A stretch of DNA of 64,000 bases from Isoptericola halotolerans (GTDB lineage: Bacteria > Actinomycetota > Actinomycetes > Actinomycetales > Cellulomonadaceae). Location: assembly GCF_013149785.1 (NCBI RefSeq), contig NZ_JABEZU010000001.1, forward strand, positions 1,488,001 through 1,552,000, given 5' to 3'. Position numbers and translations under genes: made by a program. The notes below the pieces were generated by a model. The model did not search any database. It was not told the origin of the DNA and worked only from the letters and a program-made list of their open reading frames with translations. Positions 10,853 through 20,140 of the stretch are shown here, piece after piece (the stretch's first letter is position 1; each line of letters begins with the position of its first letter).

Positions 10853-11842
10853 GTGCAGGTGTTCACGGACCTGAGCGAGGTCCCCGACGGCTTCGGGCCG
10901 TCTGCGGTCACGATCGGGAACTTCGACGGCGTCCATCGCGGTCACCAGGCGGTGCTGCGCCGTCTCGTCCGGCTCGCCCAGGGCGACGAGCGCGCTGCCG
11001 TCGCCGTGACCTTCGACCCGCACCCGGCCGCGGTGCACCGGCCGGGTTCCGCGCCCGAGCTGCTCACCGGGCTGCACGACCGGCTGGACCTGCTGGCCGC
11101 GACGGGCCTGGACGCCGTCCTGGTCATCTCGTACTCGCTGGAGTTCGCCGCGCAGAGCCCCGAGGAGTTCGTCACCCGCTACCTCACCGGCGCCCTGGGC
11201 GCGCGCAGCGTCGTGGTGGGGCACGACGTGCGGTTCGGGCAGGACAACGTCGGGACGCTCGCGACCATGGTCGAGCTGGGCGGCGAGCACGGGTTCGAGG
11301 TCGTGGCCATCGACGACGTGGGGGAGTGCCTGGCGGAGTCGCCCGGCGCGCGGCAGCGCTGGTCGAGCTCGGCGGCGCGCGCGCTGCTCGCCGAGGGCGA
11401 CGTCGCGCAGGCCGCGGACGTCCTCGGCCGCCCGCACCGTCTGCGCGGCACCGTGGTCCACGGCGACGCGCGCGGACGCGAGCTCGGGTTCCCGACGGCG
11501 AACCTGGGGGCGATCGCGGGCATGGTCCCGGCGGACGGCGTGTACGCGGGATGGCTCAGGCGTCCGGTCCTGGCCGCACGGGAGCCCCAGCACCCTGACG
11601 CGCGGCTGCCTGCCGCGATCTCCATCGGCACCAACCCGACGTTCGACGGGGTGGAGCGCCGCGTCGAGGCCTACGTGCTCGACCGCACCGACCTGGACCT
11701 GTACGACGAGGAGGTCGTCCTCGAGCTCGTCGAGCACCTGCGGCCCACCCTGCGCTTCGACGGCATCGACCCGCTCGTCCGCCAGATGCACGACGACGTC
11801 GCCCGCGCCCGCGAGATCCTCCGGCCGGGTGGCGGTCGGTGA
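10853..11842 (+). CDS. ribF: Bifunctional riboflavin kinase/FAD synthetase
   Basis: IGNFDGVHRGH, GRELGFPTAN, IGTNPTF, VEAYVLD; start GTG 10853 or ATG 10838. Confidence 0.95.
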   Translation: MQVFTDLSEVPDGFGPSAVTIGNFDGVHRGHQAVLRRLVRLAQGDERAAVAVTFDPHPAAVHRPGSAPELLTGLHDRLDLLAATGLDAVLVISYSLEFAAQSPEEFVTRYLTGALGARSVVVGHDVRFGQDNVGTLATMVELGGEHGFEVVAIDDVGECLAESPGARQRWSSSAARALLAEGDVAQAADVLGRPHRLRGTVVHGDARGRELGFPTANLGAIAGMVPADGVYAGWLRRPVLAAREPQHPDARLPAAISIGTNPTFDGVERRVEAYVLDRTDLDLYDEEVVLELVEHLRPTLRFDGIDPLVRQMHDDVARAREILRPGGGR

Positions 11843-11892
11843 CGCCGGTCACGCGCCACCGTCGTGACCGTCCGCGCTGGTAGCATGAGGGT

Positions 11893-11970
11893 GCCGTAGT
11901 TCGGCCGCGGACCCAGAGCGCCCGGTGAAGAAGTCCCGGAGCACCGCGCAACGACACCAGAAGGAGAGCC
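11893..11970 (+). promoter_or_regulatory. Probable actinobacterial S15 (rpsO) autoregulatory leader
   Basis: TAGCAT -10 at 11881-11886; leader with CGCGG/CCGCG and CCGG/CCGG helices just before the SD, matching the position of S15 leaders. Confidence 0.55.
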
Positions 11971-12240
11971 ATGCCGCTCGACGCTGCCACCAAGCAGTCC
12001 ATCATCACCGAGTACGCCACTCACGAGGGCGACACCGGCTCGCCGGAGGTGCAGATCGCGCTGCTCACCCAGCGCATCAACGACCTGAACGAGCACCTCA
12101 AGGAGCACAAGCACGACCACCACTCGCGTCGTGGCCTGCTGCTGCTCGTCGGCCAGCGTCGCCGCCTGCAGGGCTACCTGCAGAAGGTCGACATCGTGCG
12201 CTACCGCGCGCTCATCGAGCGCCTCGGTCTGCGCCGCTGA
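11971..12240 (+). CDS. rpsO: 30S ribosomal protein S15
   Basis: [34 protein letters not shown]. Confidence 0.98.
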   Translation: MPLDAATKQSIITEYATHEGDTGSPEVQIALLTQRINDLNEHLKEHKHDHHSRRGLLLLVGQRRRLQGYLQKVDIVRYRALIERLGLRR

Positions 12241-12250
12241 CACCACCGGG

Positions 12251-12283
12251 CCGGCCCGGTCCCTCTCGCAGGGGCCGGGCTGG
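12251..12283 (+). terminator. rpsO terminator-like hairpin
   Basis: CCGGCCCGGTCCCT / AGGGGCCGGGCTGG 14-bp stem (two G-U pairs) just after the rpsO stop. Confidence 0.55.
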
Positions 12284-12334
12284 TCTGATGTGATGTCCTG
12301 GTAACTACCACCATCGCGCTGCCGGACCGTCGTC

Positions 12335-12408
12335 CGGTCCTCGGTAGTGGCTCCCCGAACCGCCCGGTCCGTCCGGTGCGCGGCTCCGTGGGCCTCGATC
12401 GAAGACCG
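12335..12408 (+). ncRNA. Actino-pnp leader RNA motif
   Basis: CGGTCCTCGGTAGTGGC...GGCCTCGATCGAAGACCG closing helix in the pnp 5' UTR, matching my recollection of the Actino-pnp motif. Confidence 0.75.
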
Positions 12409-12450
12409 TCGCACGGAGGGGCGGCGCCTTCGAGAATCAGGAGGGCACCC

Positions 12451-14706
12451 ATGGAGGGTCCCGAGATCCAGTTCGCCGAGGCCGTCATCGACAACGGTCG
12501 CTTCGGCACCCGTACCGTCCGCTTCGAGACGGGCCGTCTGGCCCGGCAGGCTGCCGGCGCCGTCGCCGCCTACCTCGACGACGAGACCATGCTGCTGTCG
12601 ACCACCGCGGTCGGCAAGCACCCCAAGGACCACTTCGACTTCTTCCCGCTGACGGTGGACGTCGAGGAGCGCATGTACGCCGCGGGGCGCATCCCCGGGT
12701 CGTTCTTCCGCCGCGAGGGTCGCCCGTCGACCGAGGCGATCCTCACCTGCCGCCTGACCGACCGGCCGCTGCGTCCGCTCTTCGTCAAGGGTCTGCGCAA
12801 CGAGGTCCAGATCGTCATCACGGTCATGGCCCAGCACCCCGACGACGCCTACGACGTGCTGGCGATGAACGCCGCGTCCGCGTCCACGCAGATCTCCGGC
12901 CTGCCGTTCTCCGGTCCTGCCGGCGCCGTGCGGATCGCGCTCATCGACGACCAGTGGGTCGCGTTCCCGAAGTACTCCGACAAGGAGCGCGCCGTCTTCG
13001 AGATGGTCGTGGCCGGCCGCAAGGTCGTCGCCGCGGACGGTTCCGAGGACGTCGCCATCGCGATGATCGAGGCAGAGGCCACCGACGACGCGTGGAACCT
13101 GGTCAAGAACCAGGGTGCCACCGCACCGACGGAGCAGGTCGTCGCCGAGGGCATCGACGCGGCCAAGCCGTTCATCGCCGCGCTGTGCGACGCCCAGGCC
13201 GCGCTGGCCGCCCAGGCGACCACCGAGGTGCGCGAGTTCCCGCTGTTCCCGGACTACGCCGACGACGTCTACGCCGCCGTGGAGTCCGCCGTCTCCGCCA
13301 CCACCACCGAGGCGCTGACCATCGGTGACAAGCAGGAGCGCAACGACCGTCTCGACGAGATCAAGGCGGGCCTGAAGACCGAGCTCGCCGAGCAGTTCGA
13401 GGGGCGTGACAAGGAGGTGTCGGCCGCCTTCGCCGCGCTGCAGAAGCAGCTCGTGCGCCGGCGCGTGCTCACCGAGGGCGTGCGCATCGACGGGCGTGGG
13501 CTCGCCGACATCCGCACCCTGTCGGCCGAGGTCGAGGTGCTGCCCCGCGTGCACGGCTCCGCGATCTTCGAGCGCGGCGAGACCCAGATCCTGGGTGTGA
13601 CCACGCTGAACATGCTGCGCATGGAGCAGCAGATCGACTCGCTCGGGCCGGTCACGCGCAAGCGCTACATGCACAACTACAACTTCCCGCCGTACTCGAC
13701 CGGTGAGACCGGCCGCGTCGGCAGCCCGAAGCGTCGCGAGATCGGACACGGCGCTCTCGCCGAGCGTGCCCTGGTGCCGGTGCTGCCGAGCCGCGAGGAG
13801 TTCCCCTACGCGATCCGTCAGGTCTCCGAGGCGCTCGGCTCCAACGGGTCGACGTCGATGGGCTCCGTCTGCGCCTCGACCCTGTCGCTGCTCAACGCCG
13901 GTGTGCCCCTCAAGGCGCCCGTCGCGGGCATCGCGATGGGGCTCGTCTCCGACACGGTCGACGACGAGACCCGCTACGCGGCCATGACCGACATCCTGGG
14001 CGTCGAGGACGCGTTCGGCGACATGGACTTCAAGGTCGCCGGTACCCGCGAGTTCGTCACGGCGATCCAGCTCGACACCAAGCTCGACGGGATCCCCGCC
14101 TCGGTCCTGACGGCCGCTCTCGGTCAGGCCCGCGACGCGCGCCTGACGATCCTGGACGTGCTCGCCGAGGCGATCGACACCCCGGACGAGATGTCCGTCA
14201 ACGCCCCGCGTGTCATCGCCGTCAAGGTCCCCGTGGACAAGATCGGCGAGGTCATCGGGCCCAAGGGCAAGATGATCAACCAGATCCAGGAGGAGACCGG
14301 CGCCGACATCTCCATCGAGGACGACGGCACGGTCTACATCGGTGCGACGGACGGCCCGTCCGCCGAGGCCGCGCGCGCGGCGATCAACGCGATCGCCAAC
14401 CCGCACGTGCCGGAGGTCGGCGAGCGCTTCGTCGGCACCGTCGTGAAGACGACGTCGTTCGGCGCCTTCATCTCGCTCTCCCCGGGCAAGGACGGGCTGC
14501 TGCACATCAGCCAGCTCCGCAAGCTCGTGGGCGGCAAGCGGGTCGAGAACGTCGACGACGTGCTGTCCATCGGCCAGAAGATCCAGGTCGAGATCGGTGA
14601 GATCGACCCGCGCGGCAAGCTGTCGCTCGTGGCGGTCACCGAGGACGACGACAAGGCCGACGCGGAGCCGGACGCCGAGCAGGCCGAGCAGCCGAGCGAG
14701 GCCTGA
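12451..14706 (+). CDS. pnp: Polyribonucleotide nucleotidyltransferase (PNPase)
   Basis: [50 protein letters not shown] and S1 domains; ATG 12451 with SD GGAGG. Confidence 0.98.
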   Translation: MEGPEIQFAEAVIDNGRFGTRTVRFETGRLARQAAGAVAAYLDDETMLLSTTAVGKHPKDHFDFFPLTVDVEERMYAAGRIPGSFFRREGRPSTEAILTCRLTDRPLRPLFVKGLRNEVQIVITVMAQHPDDAYDVLAMNAASASTQISGLPFSGPAGAVRIALIDDQWVAFPKYSDKERAVFEMVVAGRKVVAADGSEDVAIAMIEAEATDDAWNLVKNQGATAPTEQVVAEGIDAAKPFIAALCDAQAALAAQATTEVREFPLFPDYADDVYAAVESAVSATTTEALTIGDKQERNDRLDEIKAGLKTELAEQFEGRDKEVSAAFAALQKQLVRRRVLTEGVRIDGRGLADIRTLSAEVEVLPRVHGSAIFERGETQILGVTTLNMLRMEQQIDSLGPVTRKRYMHNYNFPPYSTGETGRVGSPKRREIGHGALAERALVPVLPSREEFPYAIRQVSEALGSNGSTSMGSVCASTLSLLNAGVPLKAPVAGIAMGLVSDTVDDETRYAAMTDILGVEDAFGDMDFKVAGTREFVTAIQLDTKLDGIPASVLTAALGQARDARLTILDVLAEAIDTPDEMSVNAPRVIAVKVPVDKIGEVIGPKGKMINQIQEETGADISIEDDGTVYIGATDGPSAEAARAAINAIANPHVPEVGERFVGTVVKTTSFGAFISLSPGKDGLLHISQLRKLVGGKRVENVDDVLSIGQKIQVEIGEIDPRGKLSLVAVTEDDDKADAEPDAEQAEQPSEA

Positions 14707-14714
14707 TCGACCGC

Positions 14715-16043
14715 ATGAGCCAGCACCTCCCGCTCGTCGGAGCGGGCCAGCCGGGTGCCGAGCTGACCGCCGGGCAGGACGGCGCGACGATCCGTCGCAG
14801 CGTCCTGCCCGGCGGTGTGCGTGTGCTCACCGAGCACATGCCGGGGCTCCGCTCGTCCACCGTCGGCGCCTGGGTCGGCGTCGGGTCCCGGGACGAGACC
14901 GACGGCCACCACGGGTCGACCCACTTCCTGGAGCACCTGCTCTTCAAGGGCACGCAGCGACGCAGCGCGCTCGCCATCGCCGAGGCGTTCGACGCCGTCG
15001 GCGGCGAGGCCAACGCCGCCACCGGCAAGGAGCACACCTGCTACTACGCGCGGGTGCTCGACGAGGACGTCCCGATGGCGGTCGACGTCATCGCGGACAT
15101 GGTCACCTCGGCACGGCTGGACGCCGACGAGCTCGAGACCGAGCGAGGGGTGATCCTCGAGGAGCTCGCGATGACCGACGACGACCCGAGCGAGGTCGTC
15201 CACGAGGAGTTCGCCGCGGCCGTGCTCGGCGCCCACCCGTTGGGACGCCCGATCGGGGGGACCCCGGACACGATCCGCGCCGTCCCTCGTGACGCGGTGC
15301 TGGAGCACTATCGCTGGCACTACCGCCCGGAGACCCTGGTGATCGCCGCGGCGGGTGGTGTCGACCACGACCAGATCGTCCAGCAGGTCGGCGAGGCGCT
15401 CGTCGCGGGCGGCTGGTCCCTCGAGCCGGCAGGCCTGCCCCGCCAGCGCCGCTCCGGGGTCCCGGAGTGCGACGGCGTGCCGACCGAGGGCGTCGAGCTG
15501 ACGGTCCACCGGCAGGTGGAGCAGGCCAACGTCGTCGTCGGCGGGACCGGCCTGAGCGCGTCGGACGAACGGCGCTACACCCTGACGGTCCTCAACGCGG
15601 TCCTGGGCGGCGGCATGTCGTCCCGGTTGTTCCAGGAGGTCCGGGAGAAGCGTGGCCTCGCGTACTCCACCTACTCGTTCAGCCAGGGGCACGGCGGGCT
15701 GGGCCTCTTCGGCCTGTACGCCGGGTGCACCCCGGCGAAGGCCGATCAGGTGACCACGCTGATGATCGCCGAGCTGGAACGGCTCGCCGCGGACGGGATC
15801 ACCGACGACGAGCTGCAGCGGTCGGTCGGTCAGCTCTCCGGCGGCCTCGTCCTCGGCCTGGAGGACTCCGGCTCGCGCATGAGCAGGCTGGGCCGTGCCG
15901 AGCTCGTGCTCGGCGAGCTCCTGACGGTCGACGAGTCCTTGGAACGTGTTCGTGCCGTGACCGCGGCCGACGTGCGCGACCTGGCCGCCGACCTCGCGTC
16001 GCGACCTCGCTCCGTCGTGCGGGTCGGCCCCTTCGGAGAGTGA
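14715..16043 (+). CDS. M16 family zinc peptidase
   Basis: HFLEH inverted zincin motif, LGGGMSSRLFQEVREKRGLAY; conserved between pnp and dapB. Confidence 0.93.
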   Translation: MSQHLPLVGAGQPGAELTAGQDGATIRRSVLPGGVRVLTEHMPGLRSSTVGAWVGVGSRDETDGHHGSTHFLEHLLFKGTQRRSALAIAEAFDAVGGEANAATGKEHTCYYARVLDEDVPMAVDVIADMVTSARLDADELETERGVILEELAMTDDDPSEVVHEEFAAAVLGAHPLGRPIGGTPDTIRAVPRDAVLEHYRWHYRPETLVIAAAGGVDHDQIVQQVGEALVAGGWSLEPAGLPRQRRSGVPECDGVPTEGVELTVHRQVEQANVVVGGTGLSASDERRYTLTVLNAVLGGGMSSRLFQEVREKRGLAYSTYSFSQGHGGLGLFGLYAGCTPAKADQVTTLMIAELERLAADGITDDELQRSVGQLSGGLVLGLEDSGSRMSRLGRAELVLGELLTVDESLERVRAVTAADVRDLAADLASRPRSVVRVGPFGE

Positions 16044-16053
16044 GGAAGCGACT

Positions 16054-16833
16054 GTGAGCAGCAACGCCATCAGGGTGGCCGTCATCGGTGCCGCCGGACG
16101 GATGGGCGCACAGGCCTGTGCCGCGGTGGAGCAGGCCGCCGGCCTGGAGCTCGTGGCACGTCTGGACGCCGGCGACGACGTCGGCGCCGGCGTGCGCGAC
16201 TCCGGCGCCCAGGTCGCGGTGGACTTCACCGTGCCGGCCGTCACCGAGGCCAACGTGCACGCGGTCCTGGACGCCGGCGCGCACGCGGTGGTCGGCACGA
16301 CCGGGTGGGACGACGAGTCGCGCGGTCGGGTCGTCGAGCACCTCGCGCGCGTCAACGCCGACCGGTCGGACGACTCCGCGCTCGGGGTCCTCATCGCACC
16401 GAACTTCGGTCTGTCGGCCGTGCTGGCCATGACGTTCGCCGCGAAGGCGGCTCGCTACTTCGAGTCCGCCGAGGTGGTCGAGCTGCACCACCCGAACAAG
16501 GTCGACGCGCCGTCCGGCACCGCCCGGCACACGGCGGCCGCGATCGCTGCCGCTCGGGCGGACGCCGGCCTCGGGCCGTCGCCGGACGCCACCGAGGTCG
16601 GCTGGGAAGCGCGCGGCGCCGACGTCGACGGTGTGCGGGTGCACGCGGTCCGTCTGCGTGGCCTCGTGGCCCACGAGGAGATCCTCTTCGGCAACGAGGG
16701 AGAGCAGCTCACCATCCGCCAGGACTCGTTCGACCGGGCCAGCTTCATGCCCGGCGTCCTGCTGGCCGTTCGAGAGGTCGGGTCGCGGCCGGGGCTGACC
16801 GTCGGGCTCGAGAACGTGCTGGACCTGTCGTGA
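16054..16833 (+). CDS. dapB: 4-hydroxy-tetrahydrodipicolinate reductase
   Basis: GAAGRMG, VVGTTG, APNF, ELHHPNKVDAPSGTA. Confidence 0.97.
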   Translation: MSSNAIRVAVIGAAGRMGAQACAAVEQAAGLELVARLDAGDDVGAGVRDSGAQVAVDFTVPAVTEANVHAVLDAGAHAVVGTTGWDDESRGRVVEHLARVNADRSDDSALGVLIAPNFGLSAVLAMTFAAKAARYFESAEVVELHHPNKVDAPSGTARHTAAAIAAARADAGLGPSPDATEVGWEARGADVDGVRVHAVRLRGLVAHEEILFGNEGEQLTIRQDSFDRASFMPGVLLAVREVGSRPGLTVGLENVLDLS

Positions 16834-17318
16834 CCGACGAGGGCGTGCCGACGCCACCAGCCCGGCGTCGGCTTCCGCGCGGCCTGGTCGGTGCCGTGGC
16901 GGTCACGGCTCTGCTCGCCCTGTACGTGTGGGCCATCGCCGGTCGGGGGGCGGCGATGCTGACCAGCGGCGAGCCGGTGCTGATCGGCATCGGGGCGGCC
17001 GTGCTCGTCATCCCGCTGCTCGTCCTCGGGCTCGTCGCCCGCGAGTTCTGGCTCGCCGCCAGGGTGCAGCGGATGGCCGACGAGCTGGCCGCGGCGGGCG
17101 AGCTGCCGGTGGACGAGCTGCCCCGGTCGCCGGGTGGTCGGATCGACCGCGTGGCGGCGGACGAGGCCTTCGGCGGCGCACGTGATGCCGTCGACGCCGC
17201 TCCTCAGGACTGGCGGGCGTGGTACCACCTGGCGTTCGCCTACGACGCGGCCGGAGACCGCCGCCGTGCCCGAGGCGCGCTGCGGCGGGCCTCGGCGCTC
17301 TTCACCCCGTCGCGCTGA
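16830..17318 (+). CDS. Conserved membrane protein with TPR-like C-terminus
   Basis: GTGA overlap with the dapB stop; two TM segments, LPRSPGGRIDR, DWRAWYHLAFAYDAAGDRRRAR. Confidence 0.8.
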   Translation: MTDEGVPTPPARRRLPRGLVGAVAVTALLALYVWAIAGRGAAMLTSGEPVLIGIGAAVLVIPLLVLGLVAREFWLAARVQRMADELAAAGELPVDELPRSPGGRIDRVAADEAFGGARDAVDAAPQDWRAWYHLAFAYDAAGDRRRARGALRRASALFTPSR

Positions 17319-17766
17319 GCCCGGGCAGCACCGCCCAGCAGTAGAGGGTGTGCCGGACGGATCGAGCACGCCCGGCCAGCTCGCCGAGCTCGCGCAGGGC
17401 GTCCGCGAGCACGGCGGCGCGGTGGTCGTCCTCGTCCGTCGTGCGCGCGACGGCGGTGAGCCGGGCCGGGGCGGCGCCGGCGAGCTCGGTGGTGACGAGC
17501 TCCGAGACGGTGACGACCCAGGGCCCCTCCGTGCCGCCGCTGATCACCTGCGCGTGCCGGGGGAGCGCCGTGACCTCGGCGTAGGTTCGCCCGCTGAGCA
17601 GTCCGCCGAGCGTGGCCAGCGCGACGAACGGGTCCGTCGACGGCACCCGGACGGTGTCGAACAGGGGCTCCCCGGAACCGCGGGCCGGCGTCGACGGCCC
17701 GTCGAGCTCGCGACCGACGGTGGCCGCCAACGCATCCGTCGGCGCGGCGAAGTAGTCCGTGACCAT
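17302..17766 (-). CDS. Hypothetical protein
   Basis: MVTDYFAA...EGPWV...LYCW with GC3-rich codon usage; resembles an actinomycete hypothetical family. Confidence 0.6.
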   Translation of the reverse strand: MVTDYFAAPTDALAATVGRELDGPSTPARGSGEPLFDTVRVPSTDPFVALATLGGLLSGRTYAEVTALPRHAQVISGGTEGPWVVTVSELVTTELAGAAPARLTAVARTTDEDDHRAAVLADALRELGELAGRARSVRHTLYCWAVLPGLSATG

Positions 17767-17880
17767 CGAGGTCCCGCGATGGTCACGGGGCGTCCGTCGC
17801 CGACGAGCGTCGGCGCTCCTGCCCTCGTGACCCATGCGGACAGGCTGGCACGTGCGTGCTACGGCCGGGTCACACGACGG

Positions 17881-19086
17881 TTACCGTGCCGGGTCCGGCG
17901 CGGCCGTCGGGTCGCGGGGGAAGGCACCTCGGTCCGTCAGGACGGCCACGGCGGCGAGGGCGACGACCCCGGCCCCGGTCGCCGCCAGCGCCTGCATGCC
18001 CGGCCCGGCGAGCACGACGGCGCCGAGCGCGGCTCCCAGCCCGATCCCGAGGTTGGACGTCGCGTTGACGAAGGCCCCTGCGATGTCGGCCGACGCGCCC
18101 TGGGTGCGCAGGGCGGCGGCCTGGAACGTGGCGGGGATGGCACCGAAGGCTGCGAGCCACAGCCCGCCCGCCAGGAGCACACCCACGGGGTGCGGGAGTG
18201 CGACCGCGAGCAGGGCCAGGGCGACGACGATCGTCGACATCGCGGCGAGCGTGAGGGTGCGCGGAGCCCGGTCCAGGTACCGTGCGGCGGCCCACAGCCC
18301 GAGCAGCCCCAGGGCCCCGAACACGAGCAGCACGGGCCCGACGGACGCCTCGGACAGGCCGGTCGCGAGCAGCAGCACCGAGATGTAGGTGTAGACCGCG
18401 TAGTGGCCGCCGAACAGCAGGGTGTTCGTCCCCACGACCACGCCCAGGCGTCGACGGCCCTGGCGCGCCCCCGAGCGGTCTCGCGCCGGTGCCGCCTCGA
18501 CCTGGACGGCGGGAAGCAGCCGTGCGACGAGCAGAGCCGTCACGGCGCAGACGCCGGCGAGCACGGCGAACGACCACCGCCAGCCCACCGCGGCGCCCAA
18601 CGACGTCGACAGGGGCACGCCGAGGACGAAGCCGAGCGTGCCGCCCGCGGTGACCAGGGTCAGGGCTCGACCGGTGTAGAGAGGGCTCACCAGCCTGGCC
18701 GCGTACGCGATCGACACCGAGAAGAACACGGCGTGCCCCAGACCGCCGAGGGTGCGTCCCGCCGCCACGACGCCGTACGACGGTGCGACGGCGACGAGGA
18801 GGTTGCCTGCCACGTACACCACGAGGGTGACCAGCAGCAGGGGCTTGCGGGGAAAGCGCTGGGTGGCCAGGGTCAGCGGCACCGCGAAGGCTGCGACCAC
18901 CAGGGCGTACACGGTGACGAGCAGACCGGCCGTCGACTCGGTGACCCCGACGCCACGGGCGAGCTGGGGCAGCAGCCCCACGGGCAGCACCTCGGTGGTG
19001 ATGGCGACGAAGTTGGCCACGGCGAGGACCGTGATCCCTGCGGCGGCGTCGCGGACGGTACCGGTGCGGGGGGCAGGTGCGGGCAC
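17881..19086 (-). CDS. MFS transporter (DHA1/arabinose-efflux-like)
   Basis: TTEVLPVGLLP, LGVPL, GWRWSF, about 12 hydrophobic segments; CAGGAT -10 six nt before the GTG. Confidence 0.9.
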   Translation of the reverse strand: MPAPAPRTGTVRDAAAGITVLAVANFVAITTEVLPVGLLPQLARGVGVTESTAGLLVTVYALVVAAFAVPLTLATQRFPRKPLLLVTLVVYVAGNLLVAVAPSYGVVAAGRTLGGLGHAVFFSVSIAYAARLVSPLYTGRALTLVTAGGTLGFVLGVPLSTSLGAAVGWRWSFAVLAGVCAVTALLVARLLPAVQVEAAPARDRSGARQGRRRLGVVVGTNTLLFGGHYAVYTYISVLLLATGLSEASVGPVLLVFGALGLLGLWAAARYLDRAPRTLTLAAMSTIVVALALLAVALPHPVGVLLAGGLWLAAFGAIPATFQAAALRTQGASADIAGAFVNATSNLGIGLGAALGAVVLAGPGMQALAATGAGVVALAAVAVLTDRGAFPRDPTAAPDPAR

Positions 19087-19244
19087 CGACCCATCCTGTC
19101 ATCCGCCGACGTCGGGCCCTGCACGGACGCAGCCCGGGGCGCCACCGTCGTCGTGCGCGCCGGACCGCCACGACCTAGCATGGCCGCAGGTCAGGGGCGG
19201 CCAGGAGGTCGCCGGATCGTGTGACCGCCGGACGAGGAGATCGC

Positions 19245-20120
19245 ATGGCACGAGCACCGCAGGACGCTCCGGAGCAGGCCGACCCGGCGACGCCCACCGC
19301 GCGGAACCCGTTCCGGCGCGTGTGGTGGTTGCCCGTGGTGCGCGGTACCGCGTTCATCGTCCTGGGGCTGCTGCTGATGATCGAGCCGCTCGGGGAGCTC
19401 GAGGTGCTGCGCCTGCTGCTCGGTGCGTTCCTCGTGCTCGACGCCGTCCTCGTCGCCGTCCAGTGGTTCGTGCACCGACAGCAGGTCGGGTCGGCGTGGT
19501 GGCTCGCCCAGACGGGCGTCAACGTGCTGTTCGGCGTCGCCGTCGCGTTCTGGCCGGACCTGTCCGCGACCCCGCTGTACTACGTGCTGGCGGCGTGGAC
19601 CATCGTGCTCGGGATCGTCACCGTCGTCGGGGGGTCGGCGCTCGCCCGCAACCGCGACCTCGGGTGGCCCTGGATGCTCTCGTTCGGCATCACCGCGGGG
19701 CTGTTCGGGCTGCTTCTGGTGACCCGTCCCCTGGACTCCTTCGACGTGCTGCGCCTGGTGACGGTCGTGTTCGCCCTGTTCGCCTTCGTGGCAGGGGCCG
19801 TCCACATCGTCTCGGGGTTCGCCGTCCGCTCCGTCTCCCGTGAGCTGTGGGGTCTGCGGGAGCAGGCCGAGAAGGTCGGGGTCGTGGTGACCGGTGGCTC
19901 CGTCCTCGGTGCGGCGAACCCGCAGGTGGGGCCCGCTGCTGCCACCGGTCCCGTGCCCGCCGCCGGGGAGGGGGGCGCTACCCGGGCGACGGACGAGGCG
20001 GTCTCCACCCCGGAGGTCGACGAGGCGGCCGCGGTCCCGGAGGTGGCGGGGTCGCCGCCCTCGGCATCGCCCACGACCTCCCCGGCGGACGGGTCCGGGC
20101 GGGAGCGCGGCGCGGACTGA
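19245..20120 (+). CDS. HdeD/DUF308 family membrane protein
   Basis: WWLPVVRG start, about six TM helices, low-complexity tail; SD GAGGAG. Confidence 0.75.
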   Translation: MARAPQDAPEQADPATPTARNPFRRVWWLPVVRGTAFIVLGLLLMIEPLGELEVLRLLLGAFLVLDAVLVAVQWFVHRQQVGSAWWLAQTGVNVLFGVAVAFWPDLSATPLYYVLAAWTIVLGIVTVVGGSALARNRDLGWPWMLSFGITAGLFGLLLVTRPLDSFDVLRLVTVVFALFAFVAGAVHIVSGFAVRSVSRELWGLREQAEKVGVVVTGGSVLGAANPQVGPAAATGPVPAAGEGGATRATDEAVSTPEVDEAAAVPEVAGSPPSASPTTSPADGSGRERGAD

Positions 20121-20140
20121 CGCCGTGCTCCCGCCCGGGG

